Under the pieces are notes generated by a model that was not told the origin of the DNA, did no database searches, and saw nothing but the letters and a program-made list of their open reading frames with translations. This document shows, piece after piece, positions 34,530-46,995 of a stretch of DNA of 64,000 nt (position 1 is the stretch's first letter; each line of letters begins with the position of its first letter). Source of the DNA: an uncultured delta proteobacterium. GTDB lineage: Bacteria > Desulfobacterota > Syntrophia > Syntrophales > UBA5619. The position numbers were made by a program, and so were the translations under genes. The DNA lies in the NCBI GenBank assembly GCA_963842685.1, contig CAWJHT010000066.1:11281-75280 (forward strand), written 5' to 3'.

Positions 34530-34666
34530 AATATTCTGTCCGTGACCGGTTGATAGCCTATTATCACAAAACAATTGGGACAGGGTGTGATCATCCTGCC
34601 CGTGTTCGTTAAATAAGGTTTGAATATATCCTTTCCTTCTGTTATTGAACAAACGATTATAGAAAC

Positions 34667-35371
34667 GTGATGAGTGAAGAAGGAATGCTTAAGAAAAAAT
34701 TGAAGAGGATTTTTCTAACGGGTCTGGCCGTCGTCATACCGGCGGGACTGACGATCTATATCCTCTTTTTCATCATCGGCATGATGGACAATCTGCTTCA
34801 GATTATCCCAGTCGATTACCAGCCGGACAATCTGCTTCATTTTCACATCCCAGGGATGGGGATCATCGTCACGGTACTGCTCATCTTCATCTGCGGTCTT
34901 GTGACGACGAGTTATCTTGGGAATCGACTTGTCGTTTTTGGGGAGCGCATCGTCGGCAAAATTCCTTTTGTCCGGAGCATCTATCAGGCCATCAAGCGGA
35001 TCGCTGACGGTCTCTTTATGGACAGGGCGCAAAGTTTCAAGAAAGTGGTCATCGTGGAATATCCCCGTCGGGGGGTTTACAGCATTGGTTTCATCACCGG
35101 AACGCCAAATGGCGAAATACAGGAATGTCTGGGCCAGAAGAGCCCCTGCATCGGAATTTATATCCCCTGTGCCCTGACACCTACCACGGGTGTTTTCGTC
35201 ATGGTTCCCCAGGATGAACTCATAGAAGTCAGCATGTCAGTGGAAGAAGCCTTTACCCTGATCATTTCTGCGGGTATTGTGACGCCCCAGGACAAGGGTT
35301 TCGGAAGCCCTTGTCGCACCGGTGAACGAGCTGACTGCTTCGTAAAGAATGATTTCGACGGTAAATCGTAA
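34667..35371 (+). CDS. DUF502 membrane protein
   Basis: FLTGLAVVIP, IPGMG, IPFVRSIY, VEYPRRG, IISAG. Confidence 0.85.
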   Translation: MMSEEGMLKKKLKRIFLTGLAVVIPAGLTIYILFFIIGMMDNLLQIIPVDYQPDNLLHFHIPGMGIIVTVLLIFICGLVTTSYLGNRLVVFGERIVGKIPFVRSIYQAIKRIADGLFMDRAQSFKKVVIVEYPRRGVYSIGFITGTPNGEIQECLGQKSPCIGIYIPCALTPTTGVFVMVPQDELIEVSMSVEEAFTLIISAGIVTPQDKGFGSPCRTGERADCFVKNDFDGKS

Positions 35372-35405
35372 TACGGATCAGAACATTGAATAAGGAGAAA
35401 GAGTA

Positions 35406-36831
35406 ATGAAGTTTATGAAAGTGGATAGAAACATGCCTTCCCGGATAGCCGATCCGTCCCTGGCAGCCTGGGGACGGGAGGAGATACGTCTTTCCGAAAA
35501 CGAGATGCCCGGACTGATGGCTGTACGCGAGAAATATGGTCCTAAAAAACCTCTGCAGGGTCTGAAGATTACCGGAAGCCTGCATATGACGATTCAGACA
35601 GCCATGCTCATCGAAACCCTTGAGGAACTGGGAGCAGATCTTCGCTGGGCCTCCTGCAATATCTTCTCGACCCAGGATCACGCCGCGGCGGCGATTGCTC
35701 AGGCGAAATCAGCGGCGGTTTTTGCCTGGAAAGGTGAATCCTTGGAGGAGTACTGGTGGTGTACCGAGCAGGCCCTGACCTGGCCGGACGGTACGGGACC
35801 GGATCTGATCGTTGACGATGGCGGAGATGCGACGCTGTTCATTCATGAAGGCGTCAGGATTGAAAAAGATCCTGCTATTCTGAATCAACCCTGTGACAAC
35901 AAGGAACTGAAGATCATTCGTGAACGTCTTGCTCATGGCCTCAAGACGGCGCCGCGTCACTGGCAGGAGGTCGCTGCCCATGTCCGTGGCGTTTCCGAGG
36001 AGACCACCACCGGTGTGCATCGGCTCTATCAGATGGCGGAGGCGGGAGAGCTCCTGTTTCCTGCAATCAATGTGAACGATTCGGTGACCAAGTCCAAGTT
36101 CGACAATCTTTACGGTTGCCGGGAATCCCTGGCTGACGGCATCAAACGGGCCACGGACATCATGTTTGCCGGCAAGGCCGTGGTGATCTGCGGCTACGGC
36201 GATGTCGGCAAGGGTTGCGCTCAGTCCATGCGGGGTTTCGGTGCACGTGTTTATCATCGTTGAAATCGATCCGATCTGTGCCCTGCAGGCGGCCATGGAG
36301 GGGTACGAGGTGACGACGCTCGATGACATCGTGGCAAAAGGGGATATCTTCATCACGGCCACGGGTTGCTGCGATGTGATCACGGGGCGGCATATGGAAA
36401 AGATGAAAAATGAGGCCATTGTCTGCAATATCGGTCATTTTGACAGTGAAATCGATATGCATTACCTGGAAAACACGCCTGGCTGCATCAAGCAGAACAT
36501 CAAGCCGCAGGTCGATAAATGGACGCTCAAATCCGGAAAGTCCATCATCATCCTGGCCGAAGGGCGTCTGGTGAATCTCGGCTGTGCAACCGGCCATGCC
36601 AGTTTTGTGATGAGCAACAGCTTTACCAATCAATGCCTGGCCCAGCTCGATCTCGCTGCGAAATCGCGAAAGCCGGGCGTCTATACCCTCTCCAAGAAAC
36701 TGGATGAAGAGGTTGCCCGTCTTCACCTTAAGCGACTGGGGGCAAAGCTTTCCAGGCTGACAAAGAAACAGGCCGAGTATCTCAATGTACCCGTGGGCGG
36801 TCCTTTCAAACCGGACTACTACAGATATTAA
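35406..36831 (+). CDS. ahcY: S-adenosylhomocysteine hydrolase (one frameshift near 36255)
   Basis: [51 protein letters not shown]. Confidence 0.97.
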
Positions 36832-36926
36832 AGCGGGCTGTTGATTCAGGCCATGGTTAAGAAGGTGGCTGATGGATAGCGCTCAACGATCTATCAGCCA
36901 TCCCTATAACCAATGAACAGTCGTCT

Positions 36927-38009
36927 TCATGTCTTGATACGGTACAGCAGAAAAACGGAAGCGGCACCGAAGAGGATGTTTCCCAACCAGGCGGCAATGA
37001 GGGGGGAAGGGCGCCGGATCTGCCCAGAGACATCCCAAAGGCGAAGACGAGCCAGTAGGAAAATCCGATGACCAGCCCGACCCCGATGCCTTGGGCGATG
37101 CCGCCGCTCCGCTCGGACCGGAGGGAAAAGGCGATGCCGATCACGGCGAGGATGATGCTTACCAGGGGAAAGGCGATCTTGCCGTGGAGATCGACGAGGT
37201 ACCGTGTCGCATCATAACCTTCCGACTGGAGTTTCCCGATATATCGCTTCAGCTCAGAATAGCCCATCGTCTCGACATCTTTCTGAACGACCTTAAAATC
37301 ATCAGGCTTTTCCGGAAGATCGACCACTTGCTGGTCTATGTTCTCCAAGGTGGGAAATTCACCGGCTCGAAACCGGGTGATGAGAAGGTTGTGAAGCAAC
37401 CAGCGTCCCTCCTTCCACTCGCCCCATTCCGCATCGAGGCGCATGGTCAGCGTCATTTCCGGATCCATGTAATAGATGGTGATCCCCTGCAGCGTGTTGC
37501 TCTGCACATCGAACAGCTTGAAATTGTAAATGCCCTTCTGACCTCGGTACCAGATCTGATCCTGCTTGAACGTTCCCATGGACTGCCGCTTTCTGTACCT
37601 CGATCAGACGGATGTACTCGGCCCTTTCGTTGGTATAGGGGGTGATCCATTCGCTCAGGAAAAAGACCAGAAGGCAGATCGAGGCGGCAATGGTCAGGAT
37701 AGGGAGGGACAATCCTGTAAAGGCTGATACCGTTGGCCTTCATGGCCACGATCTCGCTATGCCGGGACAGATATCCGTAGGTCATCAGCGCCGTCAGCAG
37801 ACGTAGCTGCAGGCAGGATCTGGGAGACGATCATCGGTAGGCGGAAGAGAAAGTAGGCGGCCATCTGCTGAAAAGTGGCATTATTGCTGAGAAACATCCT
37901 GATCTTTTCGAAGAAATCGATGATCAGAAAAAGCGAGATGAAGCACAGCGGTAATAAAAAGGAGATTTCTTAAAAATTCCAAGGTGAGATAACGATCCAG
38001 GATCTTCAT
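36927..38009 (-). CDS. lptG: LPS export ABC permease LptG (frameshifted)
   Basis: MKILDRY start, SEIVAMKANGISL, second gene of a YjgP/YjgQ pair. Confidence 0.85.
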
Positions 38010-39332
38010 GATGACTCCTTGGCCTTCGGTCCGTCTTTTTCGGGTCTGGACGTGAATGAAAAGGGACGGAGGCTCTCACCTTCAGCAGCGCGCAGGTCTG
38101 CTGTACCTTGAGATTTCACTTCCATGGAGGGGTTGGCAACCTTGGCTTCGGAAAATGAACTTATGAAGGGCCCAGGGGGCGATCCATGATCGGGGGGAAG
38201 CGCACTCGAACGGACCCGAAGGGATCGTTCCCTCGCCGCCAAATAAAAGAGAAGTAATCCGGTGACGGCGAAAATGCCGCTCGGCGCCCAGGCGCCTATA
38301 ATCGGTGAAAGCCGTCCTGTCTCGACAAGCGCCTCACCGCTGAGGCGCAACAGGTAGTAGACCAGAACGACAGCCAGGCCGATAGCGAATCCTCGAGACC
38401 GGACCGAGCGATGCGCTCGGATTCCGAGCGGTAGACCGATGAGGGCAAAGAGAAGGCAGGTAAGAGGGACTGTCAGTTTCTTGTTGCAGTTCGATTACAT
38501 CTCGCGAAGGGCCTCATCTTTTATCCCGCTTGCTCTTCAGCATGGCGGAGAGTTCCGTCACAGTCATATCCGTACTCGATTTTGTGCCGCTCTTCTTTCC
38601 TTCGGAGAGCGCTTCGGCGAGGTCCAGACGGACGTCATAGAAGTGGAAATCCATCTTCCGGTAATTTTTTAGACCGGCGTCGACCGTATGGGTTGTGCCG
38701 TCCTCCAATCTCAGGGTGATCGCCAGAGTGTCGGGATCTGAGATGAGATAGGCCTTCCGGGCGATGATGGTACTCGGTTCTCTACTGATCCGGTTGTCTG
38801 ATACGAGAACCCCTTCCAGAAATTCGCCATGGATCGGTATCTTTTCCGCGTACAGAAGGATGCCCCGAAAATCATCGATGAACACCTTCTCTTGAATGCC
38901 GATACTGGCCTTCTGCTTAACCATATCAAACAGGAGATTCTTGGATGCGACATTGCCGTAAGGAACGAGAAATAGAGTCGTTATTCCGGTCAAAAGGAAT
39001 GCAACCAGGGCCGCGAAGAATACCGGAAACGCCAACTGGTAGAGACTCACGCCGGACATCTTCAGGATGGTGATCTCATTGTCGCCGGAGAGACGTCCCA
39101 GTCCGATCAGGATCGCGATCAAAAGCGATATGGGGATAGTAAACATAAGGAAGGAGGGCATAAGGAAAAGGATCAGTTGGGAGATGTCGGTAAAACGGAT
39201 CCCTTTGTTGATCATCAGATCTATCAACTGGAGGATCTTCCCCAGGAGGAGCACAAGGGTCAATACAAAGAGAATCATGAAGAAGGGAAGGGCGATTTCC
39301 TTCAGAATATAGCGATTTATCAAACGGTGCAT
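38006..39332 (-). CDS. lptF: LPS export ABC permease LptF (frameshifted)
   Basis: LINRYILKE, LGRLSGDNEITILKMSGVS, GAWAP. Confidence 0.85.
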
Positions 39333-39398
39333 GCATAAAACCAGAAACAGTCGTCGCCTCATATCATTAGAATAAGGAGAAACTCGATGAGGCGGACG

Positions 39399-39536
39399 AG
39401 ATCTCCTTGCCGGGGTCGATTATGTCGCAGACTGCAAGGACGGCCGGAACGAATTCGGGATTTTATCTGTCCTCGACTTCGTCCATCGTGATGCCCACAA
39501 ACGCTCAAACTTTATCCATCCCGGTCAGGAAGATCT
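39399..39536 (+). ncRNA. Unidentified rod-like structured element (candidate sRNA)
   Basis: Outer arms 39399-39420/39514-39536 and apical arms 39446-39461/39469-39484 pair, with a central bubble; G-U pairs favour the + strand. Confidence 0.4.
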
Positions 39537-39780
39537 GAATGATCCCTCCTTGCGACAGATGCAGGATTGAGATAGCTATTGTATAGAAAATTGCACATAT
39601 CGACGGGTATGTCAAGAACGAGCCTCTCGATGGCTAAGAAACCGATAAGAGGGAGATGCAATGAGGGGAGGATATGGCTGTACCTTGGGTCTGGAGATTA
39701 ATCGTTTGACAATTCCAGCCTTTTCATGGAATAAGGACCGAGCTAAAAAACGTGGTTTTAGAACGTCATAGGCCAAAGTC

Positions 39781-41445
39781 ATGCAGAACAAAGCATTGAA
39801 AATAATGATCCTCTTCCTCATCCCTCTCCTGCTTTATGTGGTTTCACTCCCATTCGCCCCGCTGATGGAACCGGATGAAGGAAGATACAGCGCCATCCCC
39901 AGCGCTATGAATGCCACCGGCGACTACGTCACACCGCGCCTGAAAGAGGCGGTCTATTTCGAAAAACCGCCTCTTGCCTACTGGGCGACGGCAATCGCTT
40001 TTCGGATTTTCGGTGAAAATGAATTTTCTTCACGTCTCTTCGCAGCCCTCTGTGCCTGGGGTTGTATTATCCTGACCTATCGCATGGGACTGTTCTTCCA
40101 TGACACCCGGACGGGTCTCTATGCAGGGGCGGTTCTTACAACCTTTCTGTATCACGCCGCTATCGGGCGGATCAACATCCTCGACATGCCGCTCGCCTTT
40201 TTCGTCTGCATGGCGATCTGGTCGGGATTTCGCTATTTTGCTTCGACGGAGAGACATCAAAATCAGGCTATATCTCCTCTATATTTTCAGCGCTCTGGCG
40301 TTTCTGACCAAGGGTCTGATCGGGATCGTCTTCCCTTTCGGCGTCGTCATCGTCTGGCTTATCATTTCACGCCGATGGCGGGATACCTTCGCCCTTTTTT
40401 CGCCCATCGGCATCCTATTCTTTGCGGCCATCACCATGCCATGGCTGATCCTTGTCCAGAAGGCAAACCCGGACTTCTTCCGTTTTTTCTTCATCCAGGA
40501 GCACCTGCTCAGGTACGCCACCCGGATGCATGACCATTATCAGCCGTTCTACTTCTACCTCCCGATTATCCTGGCCGGGACCCTTCCTTGGTGTGCTTTT
40601 CTTCCGGAGGCCTTGAGGGGTATCCGGAAGAATGCGGGGATTATTTTCAGCGGCGTCGAAAAACGCTTCCTCCTCGTCTGGATCTGTCTGATCCTGATAT
40701 TCTTTTCCATTTCCTCATCGAAACTCATCCCCTATATCGCACCGATTTTCCTCCCCATCGCACTCATCTTCGGCCATCTCTTCCGGATATATGAGGATAA
40801 CCGCGATAGCTGCGGGTGGGACGGCTGTCCCGCTTCGCTATAGAGTGACAGTCATCCTGCAGGCGCTCCTGTTTATGGCTATTCTCTTGGCCCCTCTTTT
40901 CCCTCACAATCATCAGGTTGACCCGGGAATCTGGTGGCCCTGGATGGTTTTTCCCATTCTCATTCAGATCCTGATTCTCTTCGTTCCCGACCGGATCAGG
41001 GCAAGGACCGGCAAGGGTTGGTTCGTGACAATCTATTTTCTCTTCGCACTGTTCCTTGGTTCCGTGACATTCCCTGTGGCTCAGTACCTCACCCCTTACA
41101 AATCGGCCTGGCCGCTTTCGCAGGCTGTCAAGACCCATCTTCCCGCCGGCGCCACTCTTTATCAGTACGGGATGTCCCTTTACGGGATCGACTTCTATAC
41201 CGGGATGAGAACCCCGATCGTCGACGACATCGGGGAGGTGAGATATGGCAGCGAACAGCTTCCTCGCGAAGAAAGGGAACGATATTTCCTTTCATCCGCA
41301 TTCCTTTTTCAAGCTGGTTCGGGAAAAGGAGGGTGTCTACTGCGCTACGAAGGGCGGTGAAAAACTGGCGAGACTGAAAAAAGAGGTTCCCGCTCTAACG
41401 GTATTGTGGCATAATGATGTGTACTATTTGGTAAAGTTGAAGTGA
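39781..41445 (+). CDS. arnT: ArnT-like GT83 aminoarabinose transferase (frameshifted)
   Basis: EPDEGRY, YFEKPPL, LTKG, SKLIPYIAP; heads arn operon. Confidence 0.82.
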
Positions 41446-41466
41446 TCCTGAGAAAGGCATGATTCC

Positions 41467-42630
41467 ATGATGAAGATCAGAGAAAATTTTCTGCCGCTCA
41501 ACCGGCCGTCCATCGGAGAGGCGGAGATTGCGGGTGTGACCGAATGCCTGAAATCGCAATGGATTACGACCGGCCCTCTGTGCAAGACCTTCGAGGAGCA
41601 GTTCCAGACCCTGACCGGCGCCCGGCATGCGGTTTCTGTCGTTTCCGCGACGGCCGGGATGCATCTCGCGCTCATGGCCCTCGGCATCGGTCCGGGGGAT
41701 GAGGTCATCACCCCTTCGATGACCTTTGCCTCCACGGTCAACATGATCGCCCTGCTCGGCGCCAGACCCGTCTTTGTCGACATTCATTACGATACACTGA
41801 ACATCAATGCCGATGACATCGAGGCGCGAATCACCCCCAGGACCAAGGCGATCATTCCCGTCCATTTCGCCGGCGCCCCGGCGGACATGGATCCGAATCA
41901 TGGAGATTGCCGACCGTCATCACCTGACCGTCATCGAAGACGCGGCTCATGCCGTCGGGTACGCGCTATCGGGGAACGCATGCCGGGGGTTTCGGAGGAA
42001 TCGCCGTCTTTTCTTTTCATCCTTTGAAAAACATCACCACGGGCGAGGGAGGGATGATTACCCACAGCGATGACCGTCTCGAAAAAAAACTGCGGGTATT
42101 GAGGTTTCACGGCATTGAACGCGACGCCTGGAAACGCTACGGAAAAGGAGGAAACCCGGAATACGACATCGAGGAACCGGGGTACAAGTACAATCTGACG
42201 GATATCCAGGCGGCCCTGGGGATCGCCCAGCTTGGGCGGCTGGAGGAATTCAACCGGCGCAGGTCCGAACTGGTGAATCTCTACCGAGAGGGTCTCGGTG
42301 ATATGGAAGGGCTTGAGCTTCCCGGCGATCCGCCCTACCCCCACACCCACTCCCATCATCTTTTTGTGGTGAAGATCAGTGCCATGGAACGCTCGCGATT
42401 CATGGAAAGGCTTTCGGAATACAACATCGGCTACGGTCTTCATTTCCCGGCCTGCCATCTCCTGAAGTATGTAAAGAACCGTTTTGGATTGACCTGTCTG
42501 CCGGAGACGGAACGCGCCGCCGGAAAGATCCTCTCTCTTCCCCTCTTTCCGGATATGACCGACGAGGATGTTGCCTATGTGTGCGCTGCCGTGCGGGAAA
42601 TTCTGCACAAAGCCCAAAGAACACCGATAA
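41467..42630 (+). CDS. arnB: UDP-4-amino-4-deoxy-L-arabinose aminotransferase (frameshifted)
   Basis: [45 protein letters not shown]. Confidence 0.88.
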
Positions 42631-42645
42631 ATGGAAAGGGGTGTC

Positions 42646-43584
42646 ATGCATTCTCAACCGATGATTTCTCTGGTGATCCCGGTTTACAACGAAGAGAGGA
42701 ATCTGACGAAGACTGATGGAGCGGATCAGGCCGACGATGTCGGCTATGAAGAGACCCTGCGAAGTCATCCTCGTCGATGACGGCAGCCGGGATCGCTCAC
42801 TGGAGATCCTGAAGGGTTTTACGGAATCACCGAAGTCAGGGTGGTGGAACTGACGAGGAATTACGGTCAGCATGCGGCGATCCTGGCCGGTTTTTCCATC
42901 GTCCGCGGCGAGATCGTCGTGACCCTCGACGCGGATCTTCAGAACCCGCCCGAGGAGATCCCCCGTCTCATCGCGACGATGGAAGAGGGCGGCTTCGATG
43001 TGGTCGGTACGATCCGCAAAGGTCGAAAGGATTCCTTTTTCCGGATCATTCCCTCAAAAATCGTCAATATGGTGGCGAGGAAGATCACCGGCGTCCGGAT
43101 GACCGACTGGGGATGCATGCTGCGGGCCTACCGCCGGCCGGTCGTGGAAAGGATGATCGCCTGCCATGAACATGCCACCTTCATCCCGGCGCTGGCGACC
43201 CATTTCGGAAAGCGGGTGACGGAGATCGAGGTCGCCCATGAGGAACGACACGGCGGCAAATCCAACTATCCGCTGCGGAAACTGATCAACCTCCAGTTCG
43301 ATCTGGTGGCCTCCTTTTCCGATCTTCCCATCAAGCTGATCATGTACGGGGGTATCGCATGGCGGCCCTCGGCGTCTGTTTCGGCGCTTGTCCTTGCCGT
43401 GGCCCGTCTCGTCTACGGAGCGCTCTGGGCGGCACAGGGGGTTTTCACCCTGTTTGCGATCCTGTTCGCCTTTGTGGGGTTGCAGTTTTTCGCCCTCGGC
43501 GTCATCGGCGAGTATATCGGGAGGATCTACCGCGAGGTCCGAAAAAGACCGGAATACGTGATTGAACAGTGTCTATGGCGATGA
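42646..43584 (+). CDS. arnC: Undecaprenyl-phosphate L-Ara4FN transferase (GT2)
   Basis: [41 protein letters not shown]. Confidence 0.88.
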
Positions 43585-43623
43585 TGCAGAAAGCAGTGAC
43601 GCACGGCTTGAAGAGGAGAGGTG

Positions 43624-44563
43624 ATGAAAAGCGTTGTTTTTGCCTATCACAACATGGGACTCGCAGGTCTCCGGGCCCTCGAGCGCGCCGGTTATCGAGA
43701 TTGCCTGCATTTTTTCCCATGAGGACGATCCGGATGAAAACTGCTGGTTCGGTTCGGTGCAGGACATGGGCGAGCCGAACGGGCCATCCCCGTCTATTGT
43801 CCGGCGGACGTGAACCAGCCGGAATGGATGGGCAGGATCGCGGCCCTTCGGCCGGAGATGATCTTCTCCTTCTATTACCGCCAGATGCTCTCGGAGATGA
43901 GATCCTGGACATCCCGCCCCAGGGCGCGTACAACCTCCACGGATCGCTTCTGCCGGCCTACCGCGGACGATGTCCCGTGAACTGGGTCCTCGTGAACGGG
44001 GAGACAACAGACCGGGGTCACCCTGCATCACATGGTCAAGAAGGCCGATGCCGGCGATATCGTCGGCCAGAGGGTCGTGCCCATCGAACCGGACGGATAC
44101 CGCGTTCACTCTGTACGGAAAGCTCTGTGATGCGGCGGGAGATCTCCTCGATGAACTCCTGCCCTCTGATGAAGGCGGAAAGGCGCCGCGCATCCCCCAG
44201 GATATCTCCAAGGGGAGCTATTTCGGCGGCCGCAGAGCCGGAAGACGGCCGTATCGACTGGCGATGGCCTGCCGAAAGGATCTATAACCTGATCCGCGCG
44301 GTGACGGATCCCTATCCCGGCGCCTTTTGCCTGCTTGCCGGACGGATCGAAGCTGATGATCTGGTGGGCGACGCCGGAAGAGGAAGAGGCAGAGGACGTG
44401 GCAGAACCGCCCGGAGACGTCGAGATCGAAGGAAACACGGGTTCTGGTTCGGACGGGACAGGGGAGAATTCGCCTCCTCGATGTGGAGATCGGGGACGAA
44501 AGAATGACCGGCGACGGACTCATCCGCTATTTTAAAGACAGGGAAGGAATGATTTTATCATGA
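43624..44563 (+). CDS. Stand-alone ArnA-type formyltransferase (frameshifted)
   Basis: [60 protein letters not shown]. Confidence 0.85.
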
Positions 44564-45595
44564 AGATTTTGATCCTGGGGGTAAACGGTTTTATCGGCCA
44601 TCATCTGACCAAGCGGATCCTCGACGAGACGGACTGGAGCGTTTACGGGATGGATCTCTCCGACGACCGTCTGGGAAAATCCCTCCAGAATCCGCGCTTC
44701 CATTTCATCGAAGGGGATATCGCGATCAACCGGGAGTGGATCGAGTATCACGTCAAGAAGTGCGACGTCGTCCTGCCGCTCGTGGCGATCGCCACGCCGA
44801 AACTCTATGTGGAAGACCCGATCGGCGTCTACAACCTCGATTTCGAGATGAATCTCAATGTGATCAAACAGTGCGTCAAGTATCACAAGCGGGTCGTTTT
44901 CCCTTCCACCTCGGAGGTGTACGGGGCCTGCCCCGATCCGGAGTTCAAGGAGGATGAGAGCTATCTGGTCGTGGGACCGATCCAGAAGGAGCGCTGGATC
45001 TACTCCTGCTGCAAGCAGCTTCTCGACCGGGTCATCTATGCCTACGGCACACGGGGGCATCTGGAATTCACCCTGTTTCGCCCCTTCAACTGGGTCGGAC
45101 CCCGTCTGGATTCCCTGTATGCGGCAAAGGAGGGCAGCTCCCGGGTGGTGACGCAGTTCATCGCCGAGCTTCTGATGAAGCGGCCGATCACCCTCGTTGA
45201 CGGCGGCAGCCAGAAGCGGTGCTTCACCTACGTCGACGACGGCATCGCGCGCATTGCTGAGAATTCTGGAGAACGCAACGATGTCTGCAAGAACCAGATC
45301 ATCAACATCGGCAATCCGGAAAATGAGTGCTCCGTCCGGGAACTGGCCGACCTCCTGAAGAAGCTTTTCATGGACCATCCCGATCATCTCCAGGACGGTG
45401 ACCTATTCGGAGATCATCGAGGTTCCCGCACAGACCTATTACGGAAAGGGCTATCAGGATATCTATACCCGGAAACCGAGCATCGAAAAGGCCCGGAAGC
45501 TCCTCGGGTGGTCGCCGAAGATCGGTCTGGAGGATTCCCTCCGGATGACCCTCTATTCTTTCCTCGAGGAGAACGAGCCGTCTTTCCGCGAATAG
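44560..45595 (+). CDS. Stand-alone ArnA-type UDP-glucuronate decarboxylase
   Basis: [40 protein letters not shown]. Confidence 0.9.
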
Positions 45596-45643
45596 ACGAT
45601 GGCGTCCGTGACAGGGGAAGGAAGCTTGTTTATGAGGAGAGGA

Positions 45644-46511
45644 ATTGAACACGGATCCTGGGACTGAAAATCGATGTGGACACCTATCAGGGGATGAAGC
45701 GGGGCGTCCCCCGTCTTCTTTCCCTGTTGAGGGAGGAGAGGACTCCGGGCCACTTTTTTCCTGAGCATCGGGCCGGATGCCTCGGGAAGGGCCATTCTTC
45801 AGCTTCTGAAGAATCCACGGTTTCTGAAGAAGATGGTCCGGACCCGCGCCGCCAGCCTCTACGGTTTCCGGACCGCCCTGTATGGGACGCTTCTCCCTTC
45901 GCCGCTGATTGCCCTTTCTTTTCCCGATCTCGTCCGGCAGATCATGGAGGAAGGCCACGAGGTCCAGTTTCATGCCTGGGATCACCGACGCTGGCAGGAT
46001 GAGCTTGCCATCCGCCCGGAGACCTGGATCCAGGATTGGTTCAAACGCGGTATCGACGGATTTGAAAAGCTGACGGGGAAGAGACCCACCTCTTTCGGCG
46101 CCCCGGCCTGGCTGATCGACGATCGGGTCCTCTCCTTTGCCCGCGACCTCCGTTTCGACTATCTCAGTTGTACGCGGGCAAAGAAACCTTTTATCCATGA
46201 AGGCTGCGGATCTGATCGAGATTCCTTCGGATCTCCCCTGTTTCGAGGAAACGGGGATTGAAGAGGGCGGAGACGGCAATTCTCTCGGGACTTGCCGAAG
46301 GGGGAATCCATGTCCTGCCGGTTCATGCGGAAGTCGAAGGCGGGCTATGGAGCGAACCTTTCGTCCGATCTCATTCACGCCGTGAAAAAAAGCTGATTAT
46401 CGCTTCCTGCCCCTCTGCGACATCCTGAAGCTTTTGGACCGGCAAACGCTCATGACCAGGCGATTCCACCTGCAGCTCCTCCCCGGACGCTCCGTTCCCT
46501 GCGCCGTTTGA
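45644..46511 (+). CDS. arnD: L-Ara4FN deformylase (polysaccharide deacetylase family; frameshifted)
   Basis: [33 protein letters not shown]. Confidence 0.82.
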
Positions 46512-46995
46512 AAGGTTTCCCCAGCGACGTTGATCCTGACCATCAGAGCGGTCGCCGCAACAGTGCAATGACTTTCACGGGTCGATTTGAATACGTTCCT
46601 TATTGACCAGGAACATAAGTTTGATATGTGACAAATGAGATCTGTTCTTGAATTCGCATTTCCATGGAGATCGCCGGAAAAAAATGGTTGACCACGGATA
46701 TTTTTTCAAGTAGTCGTACCGAGACCTTTTCATTTCTATCCTTAATCCCTCATTGCGGGGTGCTTTGATGAACTCACAATGGATTCATCTTTCGGCAGGC
46801 TCGGGGTATCCGACTGACCAAGATACCATTTTTTACACTCCCTGTGCCATCAAAGATCGCTGGGTTTTTACTTGCGGGGCAAACGTATCCTTAAAGAAGG
46901 GTCTTGTCTTCGGATGAGACCATCATTTTAGCGGATGGGGCGTAGCTGTTGGATAGGAAAGTGCTGATGGTCAACTGGATAAGGAGGTCAAACGT

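Noticed and set aside
35371-35406. SAH riboswitch before ahcY
   Set aside because: Only 34 nt intergenic, with no motif
46876-46921. c-di-GMP-I riboswitch (GGGCAAAC start)
   Set aside because: Lacks the GNRA-capped P2 and the GACGCAAAG continuation
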